Shown piece by piece: positions 49,765 to 62,857 of a stretch of DNA of 64,000 bases (the stretch's first letter is position 1; the number at the start of each line of letters is the position of its first letter). The DNA is taken from positions 1,504,001 through 1,568,000 of the forward strand of contig OY970320.1 in assembly GCA_963716745.1 (NCBI GenBank), read 5' to 3'. Made by a program: the position numbers and the translations under genes. The notes below the pieces were generated by a model. That model had not been told where the DNA came from and made no database searches. It saw only the letters and a program-made list of their open reading frames with translations. The stretch is from an uncultured Gemmatimonadaceae bacterium (GTDB taxonomy: Bacteria > Gemmatimonadota > Gemmatimonadetes > Gemmatimonadales > Gemmatimonadaceae).

Positions 49765-50955
49765 TCACGTCACGACGGCGCGCGCGCCTTCGAACCGCTT
49801 CCAATCGCCGTTCGCGAGGATCGCGTCGATCGCCGCCACCACCGCCTCCACTTCATCGTCGTGCGTGTAGAAATGCGGCGCTACGCGAATGCCCGCATCG
49901 GGGCGGAAGTCCACGATGATGTCGCGCGCGAGCAGCGCCTGGCTCACTTCGTACGCGTGCGGCACACGGAACGCCACGGTGCCACCGCGGCGCTCCGCAT
50001 CGCGCGGCGCGTGCACTTCGTAGCCCCGCTCGTCGGCGAGCGCGATGAGCCGCGCCGTTTGCCGCATGCTCTTCGCGCGCACCCGCTCGATCCCCGCGCG
50101 CCGCACGATCTTCGGACCCTCGGCCGCCGCGTAGAGCGCGGGGATCACCGGCGTCCCGTTCAGCCAGCGCCAGGCTCCGTGCGCGGGCTGGAGCTCCGGC
50201 TCGAACGCGAACGGACGCGCGTGCGCTTGCCAGCCCGTGAGCGCCGGCGTGAGGGTGTCGCGGATGTTCGGCGCACAGTAGAGGAACGCGCCGCCCGGTC
50301 CGCCGCATAGCCACTTGAGCACGCCGCCGGTGAGGAAATCGGCGCCGATCTTCTTCACGTCCACCGGGATCACGCCCACGGAATGGAACGCGTCGAGCAT
50401 CACGAGCGCGCCCACTTCGTGTGCGCGCGCGACGATCGCATGCGCGTCCATGATGTACGCCGACCGGAAGAGCACGTGCGACACCGCCACCAGCCGTGTG
50501 CGCTCGTCGATCGCCGCCAGTAGCCGCTCGAGATCGATCCCGATCCCGTCGTCGCTCGGCACGTTCACTACTCGCGCGCCGAAGCGCCCGGCGAGACCCT
50601 CCACGGCGTAGCGCACGCTCGGGAAATCGAGCGCCGTCATCACGATCGCGTTCCGCTCCGGCGGGAAGTCCAGCGCCGACAGCACCGCCGCGTGCGCGAG
50701 GCTCACGTTCGCGAGCATCGCGATCTCGCCGGCGCTCGCGCCGATGAGCGGCGCGATCTCATCGCCGACCGTCACCGGCATGTTCCACCACCCGTCGGCC
50801 CACGCGCGCACGCCGCGCTCGCTCCACGTGCGCGCGTACTCCGCGAGGCGGTCGCCCGCCGCGCGCGGCATAGCACCCAGCGAGTTCGAGACGAGATAGT
50901 TCGTGCGCGCGAGGATCGGGAACTCGGGGCGGAACGCCAGGAGCGGGTCGATCAT
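49765..50955 (-). CDS. Kynureninase-like PLP enzyme (class V aminotransferase fold)
   Basis: YLVSNSLG, DFPS, LDAFHSVG, LKWLCGGPG and IRVAPHFY. Confidence 0.8.
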   Translation of the reverse strand: MIDPLLAFRPEFPILARTNYLVSNSLGAMPRAAGDRLAEYARTWSERGVRAWADGWWNMPVTVGDEIAPLIGASAGEIAMLANVSLAHAAVLSALDFPPERNAIVMTALDFPSVRYAVEGLAGRFGARVVNVPSDDGIGIDLERLLAAIDERTRLVAVSHVLFRSAYIMDAHAIVARAHEVGALVMLDAFHSVGVIPVDVKKIGADFLTGGVLKWLCGGPGGAFLYCAPNIRDTLTPALTGWQAHARPFAFEPELQPAHGAWRWLNGTPVIPALYAAAEGPKIVRRAGIERVRAKSMRQTARLIALADERGYEVHAPRDAERRGGTVAFRVPHAYEVSQALLARDIIVDFRPDAGIRVAPHFYTHDDEVEAVVAAIDAILANGDWKRFEGARAVVT

Positions 50956-52280
50956 CCGCCGGCCGGCACCCTCGGGCGCCAGAGATAGGAGAGGAAGTGG
51001 AGCGCGGCCGCGGCAGCGAGCGTGATGCCCGTCGCGATGAATTCCTGCGTGGTCGCGGAGAACAGCAGAACGCCGATCACGCCGACCGCGAGCAGCGGCA
51101 CGAACGGTCCGCCCGGCACGACGAACGGCTCACCGTCGCCGCGCACATTCTTGCGTCGCAGTTGCAGCACGCCGAACGCGACGATGGCGTACATGAGCAA
51201 TACTGCAACGTTTGCCACCACGATCAACGATACGAAACTCCCGGTCGCCGCAAGCGTGAGCAGCAACACCGCGTGCACGACGATCGCGCGGTACGGCGTG
51301 CGCAACCTGGGATGGATCTTTGAGAGCCACGGTGGAAGCTCGCCTCGCTCGGAGAGCGCGAACAGCGCGCGCGGCGATGTGAGCGCGTCACCCGTGAGAT
51401 AACCGAGCGTCGAGATGAGCGTGCCGAGAAGGATGATGTTGCTGCCCACGCTCCCGAACACGACGCCGGCGACGGCCGCAAGCGGCGCAGCCGTCTCGGT
51501 CGCGAGCCGCGGGCCGAGCACGCCAGCGGCCACCATCTGGATGGTCAGATACAACACCGTCACGATCGCGAGCGCGAACAGGACCCCGCGCGGCACGGTG
51601 CGGTGCGGATCCTTCACCTCTCCGCTCGGGTTGAGCGAATTCTCGAATCCCAAGAAGGCGAAGATCAACACGACACACGCGCGCGTCATCGTGCTCGCGG
51701 GCGGCATCGCGGGGATCGCGAGGTTCGCCGGGTGCATGAAGAAGATCCCGACCCCGGCAAGCGCGAACAGCGGCAGCAGTTTGCCGAGCGAGAAGATCTC
51801 CATCGTGCGCACACCCGGCCGCGCGCCGCGGATGTTCACCGTCGCGAGGACCCCATACGTAAGGATCATGAGCGCCACACGCGGCACGGTGCCGCCGAGC
51901 GCGGGGAAGATCACCGCGAGCGTGCCGACGAACGCGTTCATCACCGCCGCGCCGGCGAGCACGCCCGCGCCCACATAGAGCAGAGCGCCGGTCATGATGC
52001 CCACCAGGGGACCGAACGCCGCCGTCGCGTACGCGTAGCCGCCGCCCGTGCTGTGCACGCGGCTCCCCGCTTCCGCGAAGCAGAGCACGACGAGCGCCAT
52101 GGCGAATGCGCAGATCACATAGGCCATCGGCGCCGCACCGCCGATCGCCGCATACACCGCGGCCGGCAGGAGGAAGATCCCCGAGCCCACGGTCATGTTC
52201 ACAGACGACGCGGTGAGCGCGCGGACGCCCATCACGCGCTCGAGCTGCGCGTCGGGCGGTGTACCGGCGGGAGTGGGCAT
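50952..52280 (-). CDS. APC-family amino acid permease
   Basis: VGSGIFLLP, FAEAGS, FAFLGFE and IHPRLRTP. Confidence 0.9.
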   Translation of the reverse strand: MPTPAGTPPDAQLERVMGVRALTASSVNMTVGSGIFLLPAAVYAAIGGAAPMAYVICAFAMALVVLCFAEAGSRVHSTGGGYAYATAAFGPLVGIMTGALLYVGAGVLAGAAVMNAFVGTLAVIFPALGGTVPRVALMILTYGVLATVNIRGARPGVRTMEIFSLGKLLPLFALAGVGIFFMHPANLAIPAMPPASTMTRACVVLIFAFLGFENSLNPSGEVKDPHRTVPRGVLFALAIVTVLYLTIQMVAAGVLGPRLATETAAPLAAVAGVVFGSVGSNIILLGTLISTLGYLTGDALTSPRALFALSERGELPPWLSKIHPRLRTPYRAIVVHAVLLLTLAATGSFVSLIVVANVAVLLMYAIVAFGVLQLRRKNVRGDGEPFVVPGGPFVPLLAVGVIGVLLFSATTQEFIATGITLAAAAALHFLSYLWRPRVPAGG

Positions 52281-52311
52281 CAATCCATTTACCCCGCAGG
52301 CCGCCGCTCCG

Positions 52312-54063
<1,752 letters not shown>

Positions 54064-54190
54064 TCCGAAGGAGGACAGGTGGGGGTCCGCGGCCGCAACG
54101 AAGCGCGCGCGCCGCTCGCATCGGCGGGCGCGGCGCATAAGTTAACCGCGGTGGCATTCGGGCCACGCGCAAGTTACCCAATCCGTGATC

Positions 54191-55306
54191 ATGGCCTCGT
54201 CAGCATTTCCCTCACGCGTGGCCGTCGTGCTCGGCGGCGGCGGACTCAAGGGATTCTCGCATATCGGCGTGCTGCGCGCGCTCAAGCAGCGCGGCATCCG
54301 GCCGTCACTCTACGCGGGCACCAGCATCGGCGCGCTCATCGCCGCCGCGCGCGCCGCCGGCATCAGCCTCGACGAGATGGAAGCGCGCGCGCGCGCGCTG
54401 CAGAAGACGGATCTCTTCCGGATCAATCATCTCGCGATGCTGCTCGAGCGCATGAAGAGCCCATCGCTCTATCACGAAGAGCCGCTGCGCGAACTCTGCC
54501 GGCTCAACGCGCCGGCCGGCACCTTCGAAGACCTCAAAGTGCCGCTCCTCGTGAACACGGTGGACGTCGAGCGCGGCACGCGCGTGGTCTGGGGGCTGCC
54601 CGGACTCCGCAATGTGTCGGTCGCGGATGCCATCTACGCGTCGTGCGCACTACCCGGTTTCTTCCCGCCCGGCATCATCGGTGGCCGCCCGTGCATCGAC
54701 GGCGGCACGGTGGACAACCTTCCTGCCGCCATCGCCGGACTCGGCGCCGAGATGGTGATCGCCGTGGACGTCGGGACGACGAGCCTCGGCCTCGCGCGGC
54801 TCATCCGCCGCCAGGGATTCGCCGCGATCTACATGCGCGCCGCGTCGATCATGATGCACGCGCTGCAGTTGCAGCCGCTGGCCGAGTGGTCGGGGCCGCC
54901 GATGCTGCTCATCCGGCCGGACGTCGCGCATCGCGACATGTTCAGCTTCGTGCACACCGAGGAGCTGATCGAGGCGGGGTACAGCGCCACGATCGCGGCG
55001 CTCGACCAGGTGGCCGACCAGGAGCTGAAGCACGGCGTGATCTATCCGCGCCGCCGCGTGAACGTGCTCGTGGACCGCGAGAAATGCACCGGCTGCGGGA
55101 TCTGCGTGTCGCTCGCGCCCGACCGGATCGTGCTCGACATGGAGAACAAGGCCGTGATCGCGAACCCGGTGATGGAATGGAGCCCGGCGGACGGTGACTT
55201 CGTGCAGCAATGTCCGTTCGAGGCGATATCCGTGCACTCGCTGGACGGCACGCGGCGGACGACGAAGCCGATCACGCAGCCGATGGCGGTGGCAGCGGAG
55301 GACTAG
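54191..55306 (+). CDS. Patatin-like phospholipase fused to a C-terminal 4Fe-4S ferredoxin
   Basis: GGGGLKG, GTSIG and DGG; then DREKCTGCGICVSLAP...QQCPFEAI. Confidence 0.88.
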   Translation: MASSAFPSRVAVVLGGGGLKGFSHIGVLRALKQRGIRPSLYAGTSIGALIAAARAAGISLDEMEARARALQKTDLFRINHLAMLLERMKSPSLYHEEPLRELCRLNAPAGTFEDLKVPLLVNTVDVERGTRVVWGLPGLRNVSVADAIYASCALPGFFPPGIIGGRPCIDGGTVDNLPAAIAGLGAEMVIAVDVGTTSLGLARLIRRQGFAAIYMRAASIMMHALQLQPLAEWSGPPMLLIRPDVAHRDMFSFVHTEELIEAGYSATIAALDQVADQELKHGVIYPRRRVNVLVDREKCTGCGICVSLAPDRIVLDMENKAVIANPVMEWSPADGDFVQQCPFEAISVHSLDGTRRTTKPITQPMAVAAED

Positions 55307-55436
55307 AACTGCGCGTTGGAACCGCTGACGGCGGGACTGGTACCGCTAGGGGCGGGATTGGCGTTGGATGAAGCCGTTGTGGTATCCAACGCCAATCCCG
55401 CCGTCAGCGGTGCCAGTTCCGCCGTCAGCGGTTCCA
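55307..55436. repeat. Palindromic element with 53-bp arms (48/53), 21-nt periodic
   Basis: Arms at 55317-55369 and 55384-55436; AACTGC directly follows the patatin TAG. Confidence 0.88.
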
Positions 55437-55475
55437 GTCCCTAATTAGCTTTCAGTCATACCCACCGGACATGAC

Positions 55476-58145
<2,670 letters not shown>

Positions 58146-58151
58146 AGTCTT

Positions 58152-58267
58152 AACTGCAAGCCGGGAACCGATTGCCGGGAACCGATGAGGAACAAAAAAT
58201 GATTCCCTTACGACAGGGAATAGGTGGTCATGCCTCACCGGTTCCCGGCAACCGGTTCCCGGTAGTT
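58152..58267. repeat. Palindromic element, 30-bp arms (28/30), 14-nt periodic, AACTGC...GTAGTT termini
   Basis: CCGGGAACCGATTGCCGGGAACCGATGAGG (58161-58190) inverted at 58233-58262; inner hairpin ATTCCCT/AGGGAAT. Confidence 0.85.
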
Positions 58268-59025
58268 CAGCTCTTGGACTTCCCGTTCCTCGCGCGTAGC
58301 TCCGCCGCGATTACCCAGCTGCGCCACACGGCCGTTCCCACGCTCGCGGCGCCGATCACGGTCACGGCGGCGATGAGGACCGACGACTCCGGCCAGCCGA
58401 AGTACTCGCACACCGGGTTGTCCAGCATCGACGCGATCGCGAGCAGCACGAGGCGCTCCGCGCGCTGCATCACGCCGCCCTTGCAATCCACGCCCACGGC
58501 CGCGCCCTTCGCGCGCGAGTAGCTCACCATCATCGCGCCGCCGAGCGCCACGACGGTGCTCAGCATCGCCCAGCGGGAGGGCTCGAAGTAGAGCGCGAGT
58601 CCCATGAACACGAACATCTCCGAGAACCGGTCGATGATCGAGTCGAGGAATTCGCCGTAATCGCTCCCCACGCCACGGGCGCGCGCGACGCGGCCGTCGA
58701 GCACGTCGGCGAGTCCGCCGAGCAGCACGAAGGTGCCGCCGAGCGCGATCGCGCCCTGCGAATACGCAACGCCGGCGGCGAGGCCCAGCGCGCCGCCGCC
58801 GAAGTTCAGCAGGTCGGGCGACACGTTCACGCGCACGAGCGCGCGTTCGACCGGGGTGATCACCCACATCAGCCAGTCGCGCACCCGAATGCCCAGCAGG
58901 AGAGTCGAGGGACGCCTCGCCACGTCGGCGTCCACCGGACGTCCGCGCGCGACGACGGCGTACACCGGCATCGTGAGCAGGAAGGCGAACGCGAGAGAAA
59001 CGGCAATGTAGGTGCTCGGCGTCAT
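58267..59025 (-). CDS. CDP-alcohol phosphatidyltransferase (PIP/PGP synthase-like)
   Basis: VSPDLL, DVLDGRVAR...GEFLDSIIDR, VSYSRAKG and GVMQRAER. Confidence 0.9.
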   Translation of the reverse strand: MTPSTYIAVSLAFAFLLTMPVYAVVARGRPVDADVARRPSTLLLGIRVRDWLMWVITPVERALVRVNVSPDLLNFGGGALGLAAGVAYSQGAIALGGTFVLLGGLADVLDGRVARARGVGSDYGEFLDSIIDRFSEMFVFMGLALYFEPSRWAMLSTVVALGGAMMVSYSRAKGAAVGVDCKGGVMQRAERLVLLAIASMLDNPVCEYFGWPESSVLIAAVTVIGAASVGTAVWRSWVIAAELRARNGKSKS

Positions 59026-60029
59026 GTAGAGCGACGGCGTTGAGGTCTCGTGCGAAGATAGCGGAATACGCGCGGCCAGAGGAATATGAGCGGCCAGCGA
59101 CGCTCGCGCAATGTGAGTTGCACCATGGTTCCGGACCGGCGCTCTACCTTCTGGACGACGTACTCGAGCCAGTCGTCATAGAGCAGTACGTACTTCACCC
59201 AGCGGAGCGTTGCCCGGCGCTTGCTGCGCGCGAAATAGCGGACCCATGCGCGCCGTTCGCGCGCTGGAACGGGCGTCAAAAGACGGTAGACTTTTCCCTC
59301 TTTTTTGATTATCTTTAAATGCTCAAGCCGTTGCAGCAGTTCGCGATAGACCGGCGCCAGCGACTCCCGTTGTGCGCCGGTCAGCGTTTCGATCCGGTCG
59401 GCGGTCTCGGGCCGGATCTCGGCGGCGAACGAACGCGCGAGCGACGCACGAATGTAGTCGGCGCTGTCGAAGGCGGCGGGCAGGAAGGAGAGGCTCCAAT
59501 CGCTCGTGCGCGCACGGGCGGCGGCCAGCGAAGCGATCACGGCGTCCCGGTCTTCGGGCGCGGCGGTCCATGCGAGCTGGACGTGCTGGAAGAGGCGCCC
59601 CTGCGCGAAGTGGTCCTGCGCGCCCGCCGAAGTGGCGAGGGCGAGGGCCTCCCGGGAGAGCACGGCGCACTTGGCGAGAGCCGGCGGCGTGAGTTCCGGG
59701 AAGGCAATGGCGATGACGTTGGGCGCGAGCACGCGATTGAGGCGTGCGGCGCTGGAAGGTTTGAGTTTGGTGCCGCGCGAGGCGGCGAGCGCGGTGTACG
59801 CCGCATCGTAGTCTCGCACGATGATGAAGAAGTCGAACGCGCTTTCCGCTTTCGCGCCGGATCGTTGGGCGTGCGAGCCGTAGTGGATGATGGCCGAACA
59901 GGCGGTGCCGAACGACTCGGCGAGCGCTCGCGCGATGCGCGCGGCGGCGGGGTCGGGCGGTTCGAAGATGTCGGATGTGAACGCGGCGGTCGCGCCGGGC
60001 TCGGCGAGCATGGTGTCGGCGAGCGTCAC
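59022..60029 (-). CDS. Pol-beta-fold nucleotidyltransferase, Tam41-like (putative cytidylyltransferase)
   Basis: IIHYGSH...AFDFFIIVRDY motif, plus GRLFQ and SFAAEIRPE; coupled to both neighbours. Confidence 0.6.
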   Translation of the reverse strand: MTLADTMLAEPGATAAFTSDIFEPPDPAAARIARALAESFGTACSAIIHYGSHAQRSGAKAESAFDFFIIVRDYDAAYTALAASRGTKLKPSSAARLNRVLAPNVIAIAFPELTPPALAKCAVLSREALALATSAGAQDHFAQGRLFQHVQLAWTAAPEDRDAVIASLAAARARTSDWSLSFLPAAFDSADYIRASLARSFAAEIRPETADRIETLTGAQRESLAPVYRELLQRLEHLKIIKKEGKVYRLLTPVPARERRAWVRYFARSKRRATLRWVKYVLLYDDWLEYVVQKVERRSGTMVQLTLRERRWPLIFLWPRVFRYLRTRPQRRRST

Positions 60030-60856
60030 GCGGCAGCGCCGGAACGGATGCGCTCGAGCGTCGTCACCATGTTCGAGCGCAGCATGTCGAGGAATGCGTC
60101 GGCATCTTCGGGAGCGGGCGGTTGGAACGGGCCCGAGACGACGACGTGGATGTGGCAGTTGGCGATGGATTCGAGGGCATCGGTGAATGTTCGGGCCCCC
60201 CAGAGTCCGTCGGCAACTATGGTATATACTGGCTGTTGTGCGTGTGTCACGATGAGGCGGGGACCTTGCCGCATGAAGCGGCCGATCTGGCCGTCGCGTG
60301 TGCGATGACCCTCGGCGTAAATGAGCAGCGAGTTCCAGCCTTTCGCGACGCGTGAGGCGGCTTCACTCAGTGAATCGAGATCCTGCTGGATCGCCGATGG
60401 TTTCTGCGTGATGAAGGGGAAGCGCCCCATGCGCAACGTCGGCGAGATGAACGGGATCTTCCATTTGTAGCGGTCGCGGGTAGGAAAGAGCGGCGAGTGA
60501 TCGCCGAAGAGCACCACCGCGACGGGGATGTCGAAGATGGACTGGTGGTTCATGATCGCGACGACGGGCGCATCGGGGAGTTTCCCCTCGACCGTGATGC
60601 GAACGCCGGCCGCGTAGCGGGCGACGAAGAGCAGAGGCACGCATTGCAGGCGCAGCCAGCGCCCGTACCATCTGGCTCGGCGCTCGGGTGACGGAGCGAG
60701 CGTGAGCAGCGGCCAGACGATGAGACGCTGCACGATCGCACAGAGGCCGCAGAGGTAGGGCAGGAATATGATGAAGAAGAGCGAGCCGCGGACCGCGCGG
60801 ATCGCCCGCTCCAGGCGGCTCTTCGCCCGGGGTGATGCTATCGGTACTGAAGTCAT
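60026..60856 (-). CDS. PlsC-type lysophospholipid acyltransferase
   Basis: NHQSIFD (HxxxxD) and YAEGHRT blocks. Confidence 0.88.
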   Translation of the reverse strand: MTSVPIASPRAKSRLERAIRAVRGSLFFIIFLPYLCGLCAIVQRLIVWPLLTLAPSPERRARWYGRWLRLQCVPLLFVARYAAGVRITVEGKLPDAPVVAIMNHQSIFDIPVAVVLFGDHSPLFPTRDRYKWKIPFISPTLRMGRFPFITQKPSAIQQDLDSLSEAASRVAKGWNSLLIYAEGHRTRDGQIGRFMRQGPRLIVTHAQQPVYTIVADGLWGARTFTDALESIANCHIHVVVSGPFQPPAPEDADAFLDMLRSNMVTTLERIRSGAAA

Positions 60857-60884
60857 GCCGCAGTGAATAATTGGAGGTCACATC

Positions 60885-62165
60885 ATGGCGATCCGCATGG
60901 AACCGCAAACGGCGATGAACCCGCTCGACTACGACTATAGCAGTTTCTTCTATTCGTCGAGCGACGATCCGTTCGCGATCCTCGAACCGTATAACGAATG
61001 GTACAACCGCGCCGTGCCGGAGGGCTACTACCTCTTCGGCCAGCCGATCTCGACGCCGCCCGGCGGGCACGTGATGCTCACCGAGATGCGCGACCAGAAG
61101 ACGCTGCAGCTGCTCAACCTCAGCTCGTACAACTACCTCGGCCTGTCGTCGCGCGCGGAAGTGATCGCGGCCGCGAAGGCCGCGCTCGACCAGTACGGCC
61201 TCGGCGCCGCCGGCTCGCCCATCCTCAGCGGCACGATGGATGTGCACATGCAGCTCGAGGAAGCGCTGGCCAAGTTCAAGCGGAAGGAAGCCGTCATGGT
61301 CTTCCCCACCGGTTACAGCACGAACATCGGATTGATCTCGGGCCTCATGCGCCCGGGCGATTGGGTGATCGCCGACCAGAACTCGCACGCGAGCATCGTG
61401 GACGGAGCCATCCTCTCGAAGGCGGACGTGCGCTTCTTTAGGCACAACAATCCGGTGGACCTCGAGAAGAAGCTGCAGAAGGTGAAGGGAAAGAAGGTGC
61501 TCGTCGCCATCGAAGGCGTGTACTCAATGGACGGCGATGTCTGTCCGCTCCCCGAGCTCGTGGCCGTCGCCAAGAAGTACGGCGCGCGCATCCTGCTCGA
61601 CGAAGCGCACTCCGCGTTCGTGTACGGTGAGAACGGCCGCGGTGTGGCCGAGCAGTACGGGCTGGAGGACGAGGTCGACATGCACGTCGGCACGTTCTCG
61701 AAGGCGCTCGGCGGACAGGGCGGCTACGTCGCCGGTTCGAAGAATCTCTACAACTACCTGAAGGGCTTCGCGCGTTCGCGCGTGTTCTCCTGTGCGCTGT
61801 CGCCGGTGGTCGCGGCGGGCGTGCTCAAGAGTCTCGAGATCGCGCAGGCCGAGCCGCAGCTGAGAGCGCAGCTCTGGAAGAACGTGGCACATATCCGCGG
61901 CCGTCTCGAAGAGGCGGGCGTGGACATCGGCGACTCCACGTCGCAGGTGATCCCGATCATGGTGAAGAACGACCGCCGCGTGTTCGAGCTGGGGCACAAG
62001 CTCCTCCGCGCCGGCCTGTACCTGCAGCCGATCATCTATCCCGCAGTGGCAAAGCACCGGTCGCGGTTCCGGGTCTCCATCTCGGCCTCGCATACCACCG
62101 ACCAGCTCGACGAGGGCGTCGCGATCCTCGTCAAGGTTCTCCGCGAAGAGGGCATTCTCGTATGA
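60885..62165 (+). CDS. Alpha-oxoamine synthase, serine palmitoyltransferase-like
   Basis: GGAGGT RBS; SYNYLGL, PTGYSTN, SHASIVDG, EGVYSMDGD, DEAHS and GTFSKALG; long N-terminal extension. Confidence 0.85.
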   Translation: MAIRMEPQTAMNPLDYDYSSFFYSSSDDPFAILEPYNEWYNRAVPEGYYLFGQPISTPPGGHVMLTEMRDQKTLQLLNLSSYNYLGLSSRAEVIAAAKAALDQYGLGAAGSPILSGTMDVHMQLEEALAKFKRKEAVMVFPTGYSTNIGLISGLMRPGDWVIADQNSHASIVDGAILSKADVRFFRHNNPVDLEKKLQKVKGKKVLVAIEGVYSMDGDVCPLPELVAVAKKYGARILLDEAHSAFVYGENGRGVAEQYGLEDEVDMHVGTFSKALGGQGGYVAGSKNLYNYLKGFARSRVFSCALSPVVAAGVLKSLEIAQAEPQLRAQLWKNVAHIRGRLEEAGVDIGDSTSQVIPIMVKNDRRVFELGHKLLRAGLYLQPIIYPAVAKHRSRFRVSISASHTTDQLDEGVAILVKVLREEGILV

Positions 62166-62857
62166 GCACGAGCAAAGAGGGTTACGTCCAGTATCACTAC
62201 CGCAATGCCATCGGCGGTTTCTTCGAATTCCCCACGGAGAACGCGAGGGCCATCCTGCCGCCCGAGCTGCAGCCGATCGAGCCGCACCACGGCTCGAGCG
62301 TGCTCTCGGTCATGGCGTTCGACTTCACCAACAGCCCGGTGGGCGACTACGGCGAGCTGATCCTGTCGATCCTCGTCGCGCCGCGCATCGAGCCGGGGCA
62401 ACCAATGCCGCGGAGCGCGTTCTACCCGTTCCGCCTCGGCACCACGACGCGTGAGTCGCGCGAGCACGCCATCGAGCGCTGGCACCTGCCGCACTACATG
62501 CAGGACATCGGCATCCGCTGGGTGCGCGGCAATGGGCACATCACCATCCATGCTACGGATCGCGGCCAGCCGATCGTCGACATGACGATCACCGAGCATG
62601 AGTGGTCGAACGTGGAGCATCGCTATCAGGCGTTCATGAACGACGAGGAGGGCGCGTACACCTCCACGATCATCATGGCGAGCCAGTTCAGCGAGAACGA
62701 GGAGGAGCGTGGCGGCATCACGATCCACTCGCAGGCGATGACCGACCTGCTCGCCGACTGGGATGTGGACTTCAAGCCGTTCCGTGAGCTCTGGATGAAG
62801 AACGGCCTGCAGACCTTCCACCCGCTCCAGACGCTGGCGAGTTACGCGAAGCGATGA
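62162..62857 (+). CDS. Acetoacetate decarboxylase-fold protein
   Basis: ARAILPPELQP, DFTNSPVGDYGEL and AIERWHLPH (the position of the family Lys appears to be His). Confidence 0.65.
   Translation: MSTSKEGYVQYHYRNAIGGFFEFPTENARAILPPELQPIEPHHGSSVLSVMAFDFTNSPVGDYGELILSILVAPRIEPGQPMPRSAFYPFRLGTTTRESREHAIERWHLPHYMQDIGIRWVRGNGHITIHATDRGQPIVDMTITEHEWSNVEHRYQAFMNDEEGAYTSTIIMASQFSENEEERGGITIHSQAMTDLLADWDVDFKPFRELWMKNGLQTFHPLQTLASYAKR

Noticed and set aside
59280..59325. AT-rich, T-run patch as a sign of foreign DNA or a terminator
   Set aside because: It lies in frame within the nucleotidyltransferase gene and encodes HLKIIKKEGK; too short to support horizontal transfer.
60885..62165. Calling the oxoamine synthase bioF, kbl or hemA, or assigning the symbol spt outright
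   Set aside because: No biotin or heme context and the lipid-enzyme neighbours favour SPT, but motifs alone cannot fix the substrate, so no symbol was given.
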